In this document: positions 19,526-28,939 of the stretch, one piece after another
Position numbering within the stretch: position 1 is the stretch's first letter
Layout: every line of letters begins with the position of its first letter
NCBI GenBank assembly: GCA_963662285.2
Contig: CAXXMV010000006.1
Coordinates: 1,312,001-1,376,000, forward strand
Length of the DNA: 64,000 bases
Direction: 5' to 3'
Source of the DNA: a bacterium
GTDB lineage: Bacteria; Hinthialibacterota; Hinthialibacteria; Hinthialibacterales; Hinthialibacteraceae
Made by a program: the position numbers and the translations under genes
Notes under the pieces: generated by a model
The model's input: the letters and a program-made list of their open reading frames with translations, nothing else
What the model was told of the DNA's origin: nothing
Database searches by the model: none

Positions 19526-19732
19526 CTATTGGCTTCCTTTTTTAGAAGGCGTTCCATCTTTAGATTTGGTCTTTGTTTTAACTTTAGGTTTTGTCTTTAA
19601 AATAACGCTATTGGTATTATTAATAGCGAAGCGACCGCGCAGGATGCATCCCCTCATTCCTGGTTCGCAGGGACTCGATTTTACTCTCATGCACTTGCCG
19701 TTTAATTCATTCGGGCAATCCCATCCACCCAT
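19526..19732 (-). CDS. Small four-cysteine protein with basic tail, function unknown
   Basis: WDCPNELNGKC....PCEPGMRGCIL.GRF; GGAG RBS upstream; co-oriented between thrB and the cytochrome. Confidence 0.65.
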   Translation of the reverse strand: MGGWDCPNELNGKCMRVKSSPCEPGMRGCILRGRFAINNTNSVILKTKPKVKTKTKSKDGTPSKKGSQ

Positions 19733-19779
19733 AATTCAACTCCATATCTATCTTGGAAACATGATATTTTTAATAATAA

Positions 19780-20700
19780 CTATTCATCAAAAACGTATTG
19801 CAATCCCCGGTTATCGGCTTTGAGGAAACGGATATCCGCTTGCATGTTGTATTTGGCTATGGCCTGTTTCATGGCTATAGCGACGTCTTCTTTGTTTTTA
19901 ATCGTCATAGCCATCATGGTAGAACCGGAGCCGCTCAAGTACGCTCCAATAGCGCCAGCTTTTCGGGCGGCTTTTATTACATCGAACAGAGGTTTCAGCG
20001 CCGGGATGTTGGCTTGCCTTTGAGGCTGATGGATGCGGTCGTCAAACAGATCGCCCATTGATTCATAGTCGCCAATGGCGAAAGCTGAAGCGAGCAGGAT
20101 GCCACGGTTAAGCGTGTAAATGGCATCCTCTCTAGGTATGTTATGTGAGAAGATATCCCGCGCTTTATCGGTTTCAACTTCGTTGCTTGGAGAAATTGCC
20201 ACAAAATCGATCCTATCGGGAACATCGAATCGGTAGACAAGCAGTTTATCTTTAATGATTCCGGAAGCTGCCATTCCACCGTAGTAGCAAGCGGCGACAT
20301 TATCAGTGCAGCCCTCCAACTCAGCCGCCCATTTAACGATATCTTTTTCTGTAATCTCTAAATCCAATAACTGGTTTAATCCAACTAATACAGCAAGTCT
20401 TATAGTTGCGCTGCTGGCAAGACCTCTTGCAATTGGAGTTTTATTATCAATGCGCAAAGTGAAATCTTTGGCCGCCGCGCCGCTGCGTTTGAAAAAATAG
20501 TTAGCCGCCGCTTTAACCATCTCTTGGCATGGAGGCTGAAGTTTATTATCTAAGCCTTCGATTACCTCTAATGTTGTTTTTGAATCTGATATCTCTATCT
20601 CAAAATAATTCAATAGATTAACGGCGACGCATAATGTATCGAACCCTGAACCGAGATTGGCGGATGAAGCGGGGATTTTGAATTTAATAGTATCTTTCAT
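19780..20700 (-). CDS. thrB: Homoserine kinase
   Basis: PASSANLGSGFD, PIARGLASSA, EG..DNVA, DRIHQP.R, LSGSGST. Confidence 0.93.
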   Translation of the reverse strand: MKDTIKFKIPASSANLGSGFDTLCVAVNLLNYFEIEISDSKTTLEVIEGLDNKLQPPCQEMVKAAANYFFKRSGAAAKDFTLRIDNKTPIARGLASSATIRLAVLVGLNQLLDLEITEKDIVKWAAELEGCTDNVAACYYGGMAASGIIKDKLLVYRFDVPDRIDFVAISPSNEVETDKARDIFSHNIPREDAIYTLNRGILLASAFAIGDYESMGDLFDDRIHQPQRQANIPALKPLFDVIKAARKAGAIGAYLSGSGSTMMAMTIKNKEDVAIAMKQAIAKYNMQADIRFLKADNRGLQYVFDE

Positions 20701-20725
20701 TGAATAACAATCTAGTTGAATATTA

Positions 20726-21892
20726 TTATTGAGACGCCTTTGTCAAAGAAAGATATTGTTTCCATTCATCGTAGGCAGGACGCTTAACACCTTTTTCGTC
20801 GTACATGCCGCAATCTTTCCATACTACAAAAGCCTCCGGGCAACTATCTTTTATTTTAGCCCATAAGGCGTCATAGTCGCGGTATAGGAACGAAATTACG
20901 AAAAGATATTTATCCTGATTGGCTCTATCCAGCAGAGTTCGGATGAAAGTACTTTGCATGTTGGGGCTGCCCTTGATAGTAAGGTTATATCTTTTTAGCC
21001 GGATGGTTTCCGCTGGAAAAGTTGTTTCGGTGATGGCTATAGGCTTATCGGTGAAATTTTTGAGCCATTCGAAAATCTCAATGGGTCTATGCGATTGTCC
21101 CGCCATGAAGGGGTGATAACTGATGCCGACGATATCGTTGTACTTTAGGAATTCTTTGATTTCAGCCTGTTGTTTGGGCGGATCCCATTCTTTGTTGGTT
21201 AGGTTATGTAATGAGATAGTAGCGAAAACGGGCAAGTCCGGATGTTGTTCCTTCAACTTGGAATAGGTCTCTTTATAGAGTTCAAGGTAATTGGGCCATT
21301 TTTCAGGTGAATGATGGAATAGTTCATTGGCTTCTATGCTGATGGCCAGGTAATCAGGCTCAAAATAATCTATGGCGCGTTGGCAGTAATTCAGATAGGC
21401 TTTTTTGATGATGGGGTCGTTGAAGGCTTTGTTTTGAAATGCTTCCGGCAACGGCATATCATCGCTTTCTCCACGGTACAATTCCATACCGTTCCGTCCT
21501 TCGTTCAATACGTTGAGCGACAGGAAAATTTTCTTGTTGCGGCACGTTTTCTTGCGGCTATCCCAGTCTTTCAACATATTGGGATGAAAAGGCTTGCCTT
21601 CCAATGCTTCAGTCCAGGGTACGCCTTGCTCGAGGTGTTGAGAGATGATGTCGCCGTTCTGGGCGATCCATTGGTTGGTTTCAGTTACAGCCGGGATGCT
21701 GAAATCATAGGGGAAGGGGGTGAATCCCATGTAGAAGCAACGGTTTTGGCTGGTGATAGGTTTTAATTCGTACGTTATATCAGAAGATTTATCCGAGCAT
21801 CCGACAGAGAAGAGAATGCTGAATAATGATATGAAAACGATGATTGATGATAAAGCGCGAAAACTTAATGAATGCAGTATTTTAGAATACAT
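20726..21892 (-). CDS. Putative lipoprotein, clan GH-A TIM-barrel glycoside hydrolase-like
   Basis: Lipobox-like SVGC; YLAISIEANE, GISYHP, KPIAITET suggest catalytic glutamates. Confidence 0.6.
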   Translation of the reverse strand: MYSKILHSLSFRALSSIIVFISLFSILFSVGCSDKSSDITYELKPITSQNRCFYMGFTPFPYDFSIPAVTETNQWIAQNGDIISQHLEQGVPWTEALEGKPFHPNMLKDWDSRKKTCRNKKIFLSLNVLNEGRNGMELYRGESDDMPLPEAFQNKAFNDPIIKKAYLNYCQRAIDYFEPDYLAISIEANELFHHSPEKWPNYLELYKETYSKLKEQHPDLPVFATISLHNLTNKEWDPPKQQAEIKEFLKYNDIVGISYHPFMAGQSHRPIEIFEWLKNFTDKPIAITETTFPAETIRLKRYNLTIKGSPNMQSTFIRTLLDRANQDKYLFVISFLYRDYDALWAKIKDSCPEAFVVWKDCGMYDEKGVKRPAYDEWKQYLSLTKASQ

Positions 21893-21949
21893 ATAAATAA
21901 CTCCGCTTTAAGTGTATATATAATAGTACGAGGAAACCGGAGAAAAATT

Positions 21950-23659
21950 TTAACGTTCGATGAATTCTTTCATCCGGCGCAGGCCTTCACGGATGTTTTC
22001 CATAGATGTGGCGAATGATAAGCGGATATATTCCTGATCTTCGCCCTGATTCTTTCGTCCGAAGCAGGTGCGGGGCAATACCGCGACGCCAGCTTGTTCA
22101 AGCAGGGCTTTTTGTAGTTCGTTGGCTGTGCTCATGCCCAGGCGGCGGCAGGCGTCGGTAACGTTGGGGAAAGCATAAAATGCGCCCTGCGCCTTAAGAC
22201 AGCGGATTCCTTCGATAGCATTGAGGCCTTCTACGATAACTTTACTGCGCTCTTTGAATTGCTCGATCATATAGAGCGATTCGTCTTGCGGGCCTTGCAG
22301 AGCCTGGACGGCTGCCAGCTGGGAGAAAGAGCAGGTGCAGCTGTCGATGTTGGTTTCGATCTTGGCCAACTGTTCGGCCAGCGAGCGGTTCATGACGCCG
22401 TAACCCAGACGCCATCCGGTCATGGCGTAGGTTTTGGAGAAACCGTCGACCAGAATGGTTCTTTCTTTCATGCCCGGATTGCTGATGATGGAGTGAAATT
22501 CGCCTTCAAATATTATCTGGGAATAGACTTCATCGGCGATTACCCAAAGATTATGATCTATAGCTAATCTGGCGATCTCGCGCAGTTCGCTTTCGCCCAG
22601 CATGGTTCCGGTAGGGTTGCCGGGCGTATTGATGACGATCATGCGGGTTTTGGGAGTAATGCGGTGTACCAGATCGTCTACCGAGAAATTCCAATTGTTG
22701 GATTCCAGCAAGGGCAGGGGAACAGCTTTAGCGCCGATCCACTCAGCCACTGATTCATAAATGGGATATCCCGGACTGGGGTAAAGCACTTCATCGCCGG
22801 GATTAAGCAGAGCCATCATGGCGTCGAAAATAATGGGTTTGGCGCCGGGAGTTACCACGACTTCTTCGGGATCAACCGGAATGCGTCGGGTGCGTTGAAT
22901 GTACTGCGCGATGCATTGGCGTAGTTCAACAATTCCGGCGCTGGCCACGTAATGAGTTTGTCCCTGGTCTATGGCTTTCTTGGCTGTTTCACGGATGGGC
23001 GTAGGAGTATCGAAATCTGGTTCTCCTAATCCGAAGGAGACGATGTCGCGCCCTTGATCTTTCAGTTTGTTAACTTCAGCCAGGACGGAGAAGGCTGTTT
23101 CGGTACCCAGGCGTTTCATACGGTCAGACAAAGGCCGTAGATCAGAAGCCGTATTGGTAGAGAAGAGAATAGTCCCAGTGATGGGCGCTACAATCCATAA
23201 AGGTTTGCCTGAATGGTTATTGTTTAAGAAATTATTAAAAGATTCCGCTGTCAGCTCGTCAGTGTTTTGAATATTCCATTGCGGCGCGTCAACCGGAGGT
23301 TCCGGACATATTGCCGTGACGCAGGGATTAGGGTATTTGTTGACGCAACCTGCGTCTGAAGAATCAACCAGACAAAACACGCGGCGTGATGCTGCGCCAT
23401 TGTTTAAGCAATCATCTAACTTCGCCAAACCGGATTTGGGGATGCAGGTCGGCGGCGTTCCAATCTCTTGATACGCGTCTTTAACTACTTCGCTGAATTG
23501 CTCTGAGTAGAGCAGGATATCGCCGCCCGGCCAGTTGGGATTGGTCGGATCGACGCGCATCTGGTGGAACAATAGGCAGCCGACAGCGTTTATCAATGAT
23601 GATGAACGGTTCGACGCCTGAAGGCGATTGATTCTATGGGAAAGCGCAGCTTGGTTCAT
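21950..23659 (-). CDS. PLP-dependent class I/II (aspartate-type) aminotransferase with degenerate transketolase-like N-terminal extension
   Basis: GEPDFDTP, NTPGNPTG, DEVY, GFSKTYAMTGWRLGY; N-terminus MRVDPTNPNWPGGD resembles transketolase N-domain. Confidence 0.85.
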   Translation of the reverse strand: MNQAALSHRINRLQASNRSSSLINAVGCLLFHQMRVDPTNPNWPGGDILLYSEQFSEVVKDAYQEIGTPPTCIPKSGLAKLDDCLNNGAASRRVFCLVDSSDAGCVNKYPNPCVTAICPEPPVDAPQWNIQNTDELTAESFNNFLNNNHSGKPLWIVAPITGTILFSTNTASDLRPLSDRMKRLGTETAFSVLAEVNKLKDQGRDIVSFGLGEPDFDTPTPIRETAKKAIDQGQTHYVASAGIVELRQCIAQYIQRTRRIPVDPEEVVVTPGAKPIIFDAMMALLNPGDEVLYPSPGYPIYESVAEWIGAKAVPLPLLESNNWNFSVDDLVHRITPKTRMIVINTPGNPTGTMLGESELREIARLAIDHNLWVIADEVYSQIIFEGEFHSIISNPGMKERTILVDGFSKTYAMTGWRLGYGVMNRSLAEQLAKIETNIDSCTCSFSQLAAVQALQGPQDESLYMIEQFKERSKVIVEGLNAIEGIRCLKAQGAFYAFPNVTDACRRLGMSTANELQKALLEQAGVAVLPRTCFGRKNQGEDQEYIRLSFATSMENIREGLRRMKEFIER

Positions 23660-23726
23660 TCTTTAATTAGTCCAGTTAAAGTATCACTCGTTGTTCAATT
23701 TGGTTAATAGATAATGAATATATGGA

Positions 23727-25799
23727 TTATTCTTTGGGCAGCAGATCCATATTACTGCCGCGAATGGCGCCCATAGTTTTAACGGCCTGGTTGGCGGTCA
23801 TGCCGTCATAGACTACAGCGCATACTGCCGCAGCAGTGGCAGCCGGATCATCGGCGCCGGGATACAACACGTTTCGGCCTACCAAGGCGCCGCGTACGTT
23901 TTCTCCCTCGCCCATGCCGCATTCAAATTGTTCGATAACGCCTACCGGGTTGCCGGTTGATTCGCCTCCCAGCATCAGGATAGGACCGGAGAATGCATGC
24001 GCGACGCGGTGATAATCTTTGACATAGGGTATCTTGAGCCATAAGTTGGCGGATGAATGAGAAAGGCCGGTGGCCACGCCCATTACTTTGATTAAGGCGT
24101 CAGCCTCAAAAACAAGTTTGTAATTCCCGTCAATCTGTTGAACGGGCAGCGGTTCGAGGAATACAGGCATATTTTCTTCGTTGCAGGCTTCAATGCTGCG
24201 GGCGCATTCTTCCATGGTCTGAATGGCGTAGCGGTCGTAGGGATCGGGAATGGCCAGACGCATCAATAGTTTGGCGCCGTCCAGTTTAAGGCTTTTAATC
24301 TTTTTAACGTCGCGGTAGGCGGTCATGCGGTCGAGTAGTTCATATTTGGCGCCAGCCAGACCGCTGCGGTTCATGCAGGCGATCAAGACGCGGTGGTCGA
24401 GAAAACTCTTGCCGTTTTTCTCTTCATAGAGCGAATCGAGCAGAAACAGGTCTTCAATCACGTCAGCTGTCGCCATGATGCCATCGACGGCTGAAGCCAT
24501 CAGCACCCGTGCGCAACGCCCCAGGTAATCAAAGCGGTTGCCCATAGCGGTTGGTTCCTGTCCAACATTAGTAACCATACGCGCTGGATGGTCGGCGGCC
24601 AGAATAACCAGTTTGCCGTTGGGAGCAATGGTTTTACGCTGTTTGCGTTTTTCCATACGCTCTTGTATCAGGGTTGGATGCTTGACGCGAAGGTCGGCTA
24701 ATTTATCCCACAGGTCATCTGTGAGGAAACGGCGGGTTTGGAATATATAGTTGCGCGGCAAGGCGTAGTTAACGTCAATCCGGTTGCGGCATGAGAAGAA
24801 GAAGGCTTTGGCCGAAGCGATAATGTCTTCGGGTATTTCGCTGCCAATTGGTTTAATCTCGAAAGAGAGCGTCCCAGCGTATTCCGTCTCAACCAGGGCG
24901 TGGAGATATCCGGCGAGTACTGTTGGATTTAATTCACCTTCAGCGGCGCTTAAGGCCGGGTGGACGTCGCCGTAACGCTGGTCGCCGTCAGGGGCGTTGC
25001 GGTTGAGAACTACGTTTGCGATATGAATATGCCCGATGTAGGGGATTAATTTCTTTAATACTCCGGGGCTTTCGCCGGATATCAGCATGTGGCTGGTATC
25101 GATCATCAGACCGAATTCATCGTGACCGTAATAATGCCGCACTGATTCGACCAGGCGCTCCGCCCGGTCTGCTGAGCCGACCAGGGATTCCTTGAAGAAA
25201 CTGGTTCCGGGGATATTGGTGCGACCGTCAAAGACTTCCATCAAAGGCCGCATGGGGGGCTGCTTGCCTGCTTGTTCGAATATATATTGGCAGATTTCAT
25301 GCACCGATCGGCGTAGTTGAGCCAGAGCCTCTTCGCTGACGCGGTCGGCTTCGGCGCCGGATAATCCCTGCATGATGGCGGGATTCTTGCCGCTGTAGAA
25401 GGCGAATTTCTCACATCCGAAACCATAGGCTTCATCGATGCATTCTTTTAAGCGTTCGATAGCCTTGCAGCGTTCGTTTTCATCTAACGAACAGATGTCG
25501 GATGGTTCAACGATTTTGTCTTCGTTGATCAACTGCACCAGTTGGGCGGAATATACAACTTCCTCAATTTGCTTGCCCTGTCTGGCTTTTTTAAGAATTT
25601 GTTTAACTTCTTTGCGAATCGATGAAGATTTGATGCGGGTAATCTCTACTGATCCAAAATCAGGGTCGTCAATGATATATTGAAGACTTTTCAGTACATA
25701 CTCTTTACGACCCTCCCCGCGCATCACTGATCCGGTGTTGCCTGGACCGGGGAAAAGCACGGGATGTACTACGCCCAGAAGGTTAGTTTCCAAAGCCAC
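23727..25799 (-). CDS. Fusion of xylose-isomerase-like TIM barrel and class I aldolase-like (Cgl0159/LacD/DeoC-like) domain
   Basis: N-half DTSH, HIHIAN, GDVHP, SFEIKP; C-half LAADHPAR, MNRSGLAG, GAKLL, FLEP, WLKIPY, LMLGG, VGRN. Start moved to GTG 25799 (GGGAG RBS). Confidence 0.75.
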   Translation of the reverse strand: MALETNLLGVVHPVLFPGPGNTGSVMRGEGRKEYVLKSLQYIIDDPDFGSVEITRIKSSSIRKEVKQILKKARQGKQIEEVVYSAQLVQLINEDKIVEPSDICSLDENERCKAIERLKECIDEAYGFGCEKFAFYSGKNPAIMQGLSGAEADRVSEEALAQLRRSVHEICQYIFEQAGKQPPMRPLMEVFDGRTNIPGTSFFKESLVGSADRAERLVESVRHYYGHDEFGLMIDTSHMLISGESPGVLKKLIPYIGHIHIANVVLNRNAPDGDQRYGDVHPALSAAEGELNPTVLAGYLHALVETEYAGTLSFEIKPIGSEIPEDIIASAKAFFFSCRNRIDVNYALPRNYIFQTRRFLTDDLWDKLADLRVKHPTLIQERMEKRKQRKTIAPNGKLVILAADHPARMVTNVGQEPTAMGNRFDYLGRCARVLMASAVDGIMATADVIEDLFLLDSLYEEKNGKSFLDHRVLIACMNRSGLAGAKYELLDRMTAYRDVKKIKSLKLDGAKLLMRLAIPDPYDRYAIQTMEECARSIEACNEENMPVFLEPLPVQQIDGNYKLVFEADALIKVMGVATGLSHSSANLWLKIPYVKDYHRVAHAFSGPILMLGGESTGNPVGVIEQFECGMGEGENVRGALVGRNVLYPGADDPAATAAAVCAVVYDGMTANQAVKTMGAIRGSNMDLLPKE

Positions 25800-25939
25800 G
25801 GTTAATACTCCCAATATATTCGGTTTAAATTTCCACAATTATTATAGGAGTTTAACGATTTAAAATGAAACCCTATCAAATGTTTATGTCATGTACTTAT
25901 TTCAAAACAATAGTTTAAAAGGAACATTTTCTTATCTGA

Positions 25940-26611
25940 TCAAGGAAATGAGAGTCCTCCTGGAAAGCGGACGATGTTGCCCTGGCTATACAAACCGTTG
26001 CTGGGATCGTAACGGTTAAGTTTACTGAATCTAGAGCGCACCAGGATGGTTCCGTCGGCATTTAGGACGCGATGGTTTTTATCGGGTCCAACGCTGTAGA
26101 CCACATAGTCCTTGGGGATTTTTTTACTATCCGCTTCATTGTAGTCTGGCGCTGTGCCCTCTAGGGTTCCATTGGCGTCAACCGGAACACGGACCGCTTT
26201 GACGGGGGAGAAATTGCCCAATGCGTCGAAACCGAATCCGCAGCGCTCGTAATATAGTAATGGATTGCCATCGTTGCCCCATTGACCCATTTCCAATAGG
26301 AACGGATCGGGTAAAGCGTTATTGAGGTAAGGGATAGGCGTAGTCAAACCTGCCGGGCCATCGGGGTGATTGGGAGGGAAGCCAGCGGGCATTTGCCACT
26401 CAACGCCGCCATGATCCATAACATAGGGATAACTTCCTCGTTCAATACAATACATTTCAAGAGCTGAGGAGAGCGTTCTTAAATCGCTTTGCGCTCTTGC
26501 TACTTTGGTTCTATTCCAGGCATTAACGAAATTGGGAACGGCTATTGATGCCAGAATTGAAATAATCGCTACAACAATTAATAACTCGATTAGAGTGAAT
26601 CCACGTTTCAT
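25940..26611 (-). CDS. Prepilin-type N-terminal cleavage/methylation protein (GspG/PulG-like pseudopilin)
   Basis: MKRG|FTLIELLIVVAII..LASIAVPNF; LTTPIPYL, YSVGPD, YDPSNG..S.GNI.R. Confidence 0.88.
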   Translation of the reverse strand: MKRGFTLIELLIVVAIISILASIAVPNFVNAWNRTKVARAQSDLRTLSSALEMYCIERGSYPYVMDHGGVEWQMPAGFPPNHPDGPAGLTTPIPYLNNALPDPFLLEMGQWGNDGNPLLYYERCGFGFDALGNFSPVKAVRVPVDANGTLEGTAPDYNEADSKKIPKDYVVYSVGPDKNHRVLNADGTILVRSRFSKLNRYDPSNGLYSQGNIVRFPGGLSFP

Positions 26612-26729
26612 GCTATGCCCCCGGTCTGTACAATTAATAAAAAACTATTTATATCAATAACGTATATACGGTATTAATGTGACAAATTTCATGAAATACT
26701 TATGAATATCTTGAAAAGATGGATATGAA

Positions 26730-28436
26730 ATGAAAAAATTTTATCGGTCTTATATAAAAAATAGCCTGTATCTTATTTTAGTGATTGCTTTGCTTCTTAT
26801 GTCGGCGGTTGATAGTACATATTGCAGTACTCCGGTTTACGCCAGACATGGCATGGCCGCCGGGCCGGAAGAGAATGCGGTGCGAGCGGGTGTTGAGATA
26901 TTAAAGAGCGGCGGCAATGCCTTTGATGCGGCGGCGGCTATCGGTTTCGCTTTGGCGGTAACATATCCTGCTGCGGGCAACCTGGGCGGCGGCGGTTTTA
27001 TGGTTGCTCAGACTAATGATGGTCGGCGGATTTTTCTGGATTTCAGGGAAACCGCCCCGGCTGCGGCCTCGCGTGATATGTATGTAGATAGTAATGGCGA
27101 TGTCATAAAAGGATTAAGTACGAAGACTGCTCTCGCAGTCGGCGTGCCGGGTACGGTTCATGGGTTATTTCAGATTATAGATAAATTTGGAAGCAGGAAA
27201 CGGCAGGAGATTCTTGCCCCTGCGATTCGATTGGCTGAGGAAGGATTTCCGGTTTCGTATTCACTGCATGGTTCTTTAGCATATCACCAGAAATATCTCT
27301 CCCGTTTTTCATCGTCAGCTGAGCAATTTTATGCGGAGGGAAAAGCGCCTGAGTTTGGATCGATATTTAAGCAGCCTAATCTGGCCTGGAGCCTGCGGCA
27401 AATCAGCGAGCAGGGGGCATCCGCTTTTTACCAGGGCGCCATCGCTGATCGGATTGTTCAATTTATGTCGGACAACGGCGGCATCATCACTAAAGATGAC
27501 CTTAAATCTTATGCATCAAAATTCAGGAAACCAGTGCAATTTGATTATAAAAATTATTCCATAATCGCTCCTGGTTTACCAAGTTCAGGTGGCATTGCAT
27601 TAGCTCAAATAATAAAACTGGTTGAACCGGTATCCCTGCGGGTAATGGGGCGGCATTCAGCGGAATACGTCAAAACCATTGTCGAAGCGGAGCGGTTGGC
27701 TTTCGCTGACCGCAATTATTTCCTGGGTGATTCGGATTTCGTCAAGTCGCCTGTTGAGCAATTGATCTCTGATGAATATCTTGATAACCGGCGTTCTCAA
27801 ATGAAGGGCTATTATGCGAAGAGCAGCGCAGGCGTTGCCCATGGCAAGGTAGAATCTAATGATACCACGCATTACTGCGTGGTTGATAATGAAGGTAATG
27901 TTGCGGCTATCACATATACATTAAACTCTTCTTATGGTATGGGCGGAGTTGTGGATGGCGCCGGATTTATTCTCAATAATGAAATGGATGATTTCAGCGC
28001 CCGACCGGGTAAAGCTAATATGTTCGGTCTGGTTCAGGGTGAAGCCAATGCGATTGAACCGGGGAAACGTATGCTCTCCAGCATATCTCCGACTATAGTC
28101 TTGAAAGACGGGAAATTCGCGTTTACGGTTGGCTCACCGGGCGGCCCGACCATTATTACCACCAATCTCCAGGTCATGTTGAATATGTTTGAATCGAATA
28201 TGAATATCCGGGAGGCCATTGATGCGCGGAGGTTTCATCATCAATGGATGCCTGATGTGATTGATTATGAGCGTTTCGCTTTCAGCCCTGATACGTTGCT
28301 GCACCTGGTTGGTCGAGGCTATACCCTGCATGAAAAGCGCCAGATTGGATTTGCTGTGGGAATCCAGAGAATGAGTAATGGCATCCTGGCGGGTTATGCA
28401 GATCGCAGGGGTGATGGCGCCGCTATTGGGTATTGA
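26730..28436 (+). CDS. ggt: Gamma-glutamyltransferase / glutathione hydrolase
   Basis: GGNAFDAA, GNLGGGGF, DFRETAP, autocleavage DTTHY, LNNEMDDF, KRMLSS, GSPGG; signal peptide. Confidence 0.95.
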   Translation: MKKFYRSYIKNSLYLILVIALLLMSAVDSTYCSTPVYARHGMAAGPEENAVRAGVEILKSGGNAFDAAAAIGFALAVTYPAAGNLGGGGFMVAQTNDGRRIFLDFRETAPAAASRDMYVDSNGDVIKGLSTKTALAVGVPGTVHGLFQIIDKFGSRKRQEILAPAIRLAEEGFPVSYSLHGSLAYHQKYLSRFSSSAEQFYAEGKAPEFGSIFKQPNLAWSLRQISEQGASAFYQGAIADRIVQFMSDNGGIITKDDLKSYASKFRKPVQFDYKNYSIIAPGLPSSGGIALAQIIKLVEPVSLRVMGRHSAEYVKTIVEAERLAFADRNYFLGDSDFVKSPVEQLISDEYLDNRRSQMKGYYAKSSAGVAHGKVESNDTTHYCVVDNEGNVAAITYTLNSSYGMGGVVDGAGFILNNEMDDFSARPGKANMFGLVQGEANAIEPGKRMLSSISPTIVLKDGKFAFTVGSPGGPTIITTNLQVMLNMFESNMNIREAIDARRFHHQWMPDVIDYERFAFSPDTLLHLVGRGYTLHEKRQIGFAVGIQRMSNGILAGYADRRGDGAAIGY

Positions 28437-28860
28437 TTGGTGAGATGATCGACGGGTATGATTCCTCCATCAAGCCTGGGATGACAACTATAGAGTAACG
28501 TAATTAAGCATATTATCTCTGCAAATGATAATCGGCGAAATTCAGGAATTGATCCCAGTCGTATTGGTTGATGGAGTGCCCGCCTTCACGGACGTGATAA
28601 CCTACGTCGCTCTTGATAATGGCCTGATTGAGGGGAGGCGACTCGATTGAGTCCAGACCTTTTTTATATGAAGAATTTATAACTGACAATCTATCATAAT
28701 TAAAATATACTTACAGAAATAGCATTGTTCTACCTTTGGAATACTCTTCATCCTGAGAATTGCGGCATCATCTCTATTCCTCTTCCCGCTATCCTTTGGT
28801 GAGTTGCATGTGTATTATTTACTTAAGTTTATCTTTATATTAATGTTATCATATCACTAG

Positions 28861-28901
28861 CCTACGCGTAGGGTGGGCTAAAAGCGAAAGCGTAGCCCAC
28901 C
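28861..28901 (+). repeat. GTAG-family REP-like palindrome
   Basis: GTAG at 28868, stem GGTGGGCTA / TAGCCCACC; overlapped by the palindrome CCTACGCGTAGG. Confidence 0.65.
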
Positions 28902-28939
28902 AAGAATAACTCTTATATCGAAAGCATGGAGACAGCGAA

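Noticed and set aside
26678-26695. CRP/Rex-like site ATGTGACAAATTTCATGA between the pilin gene and ggt
   Set aside because: Only a partial match in AT-rich DNA, with no second instance to support it.
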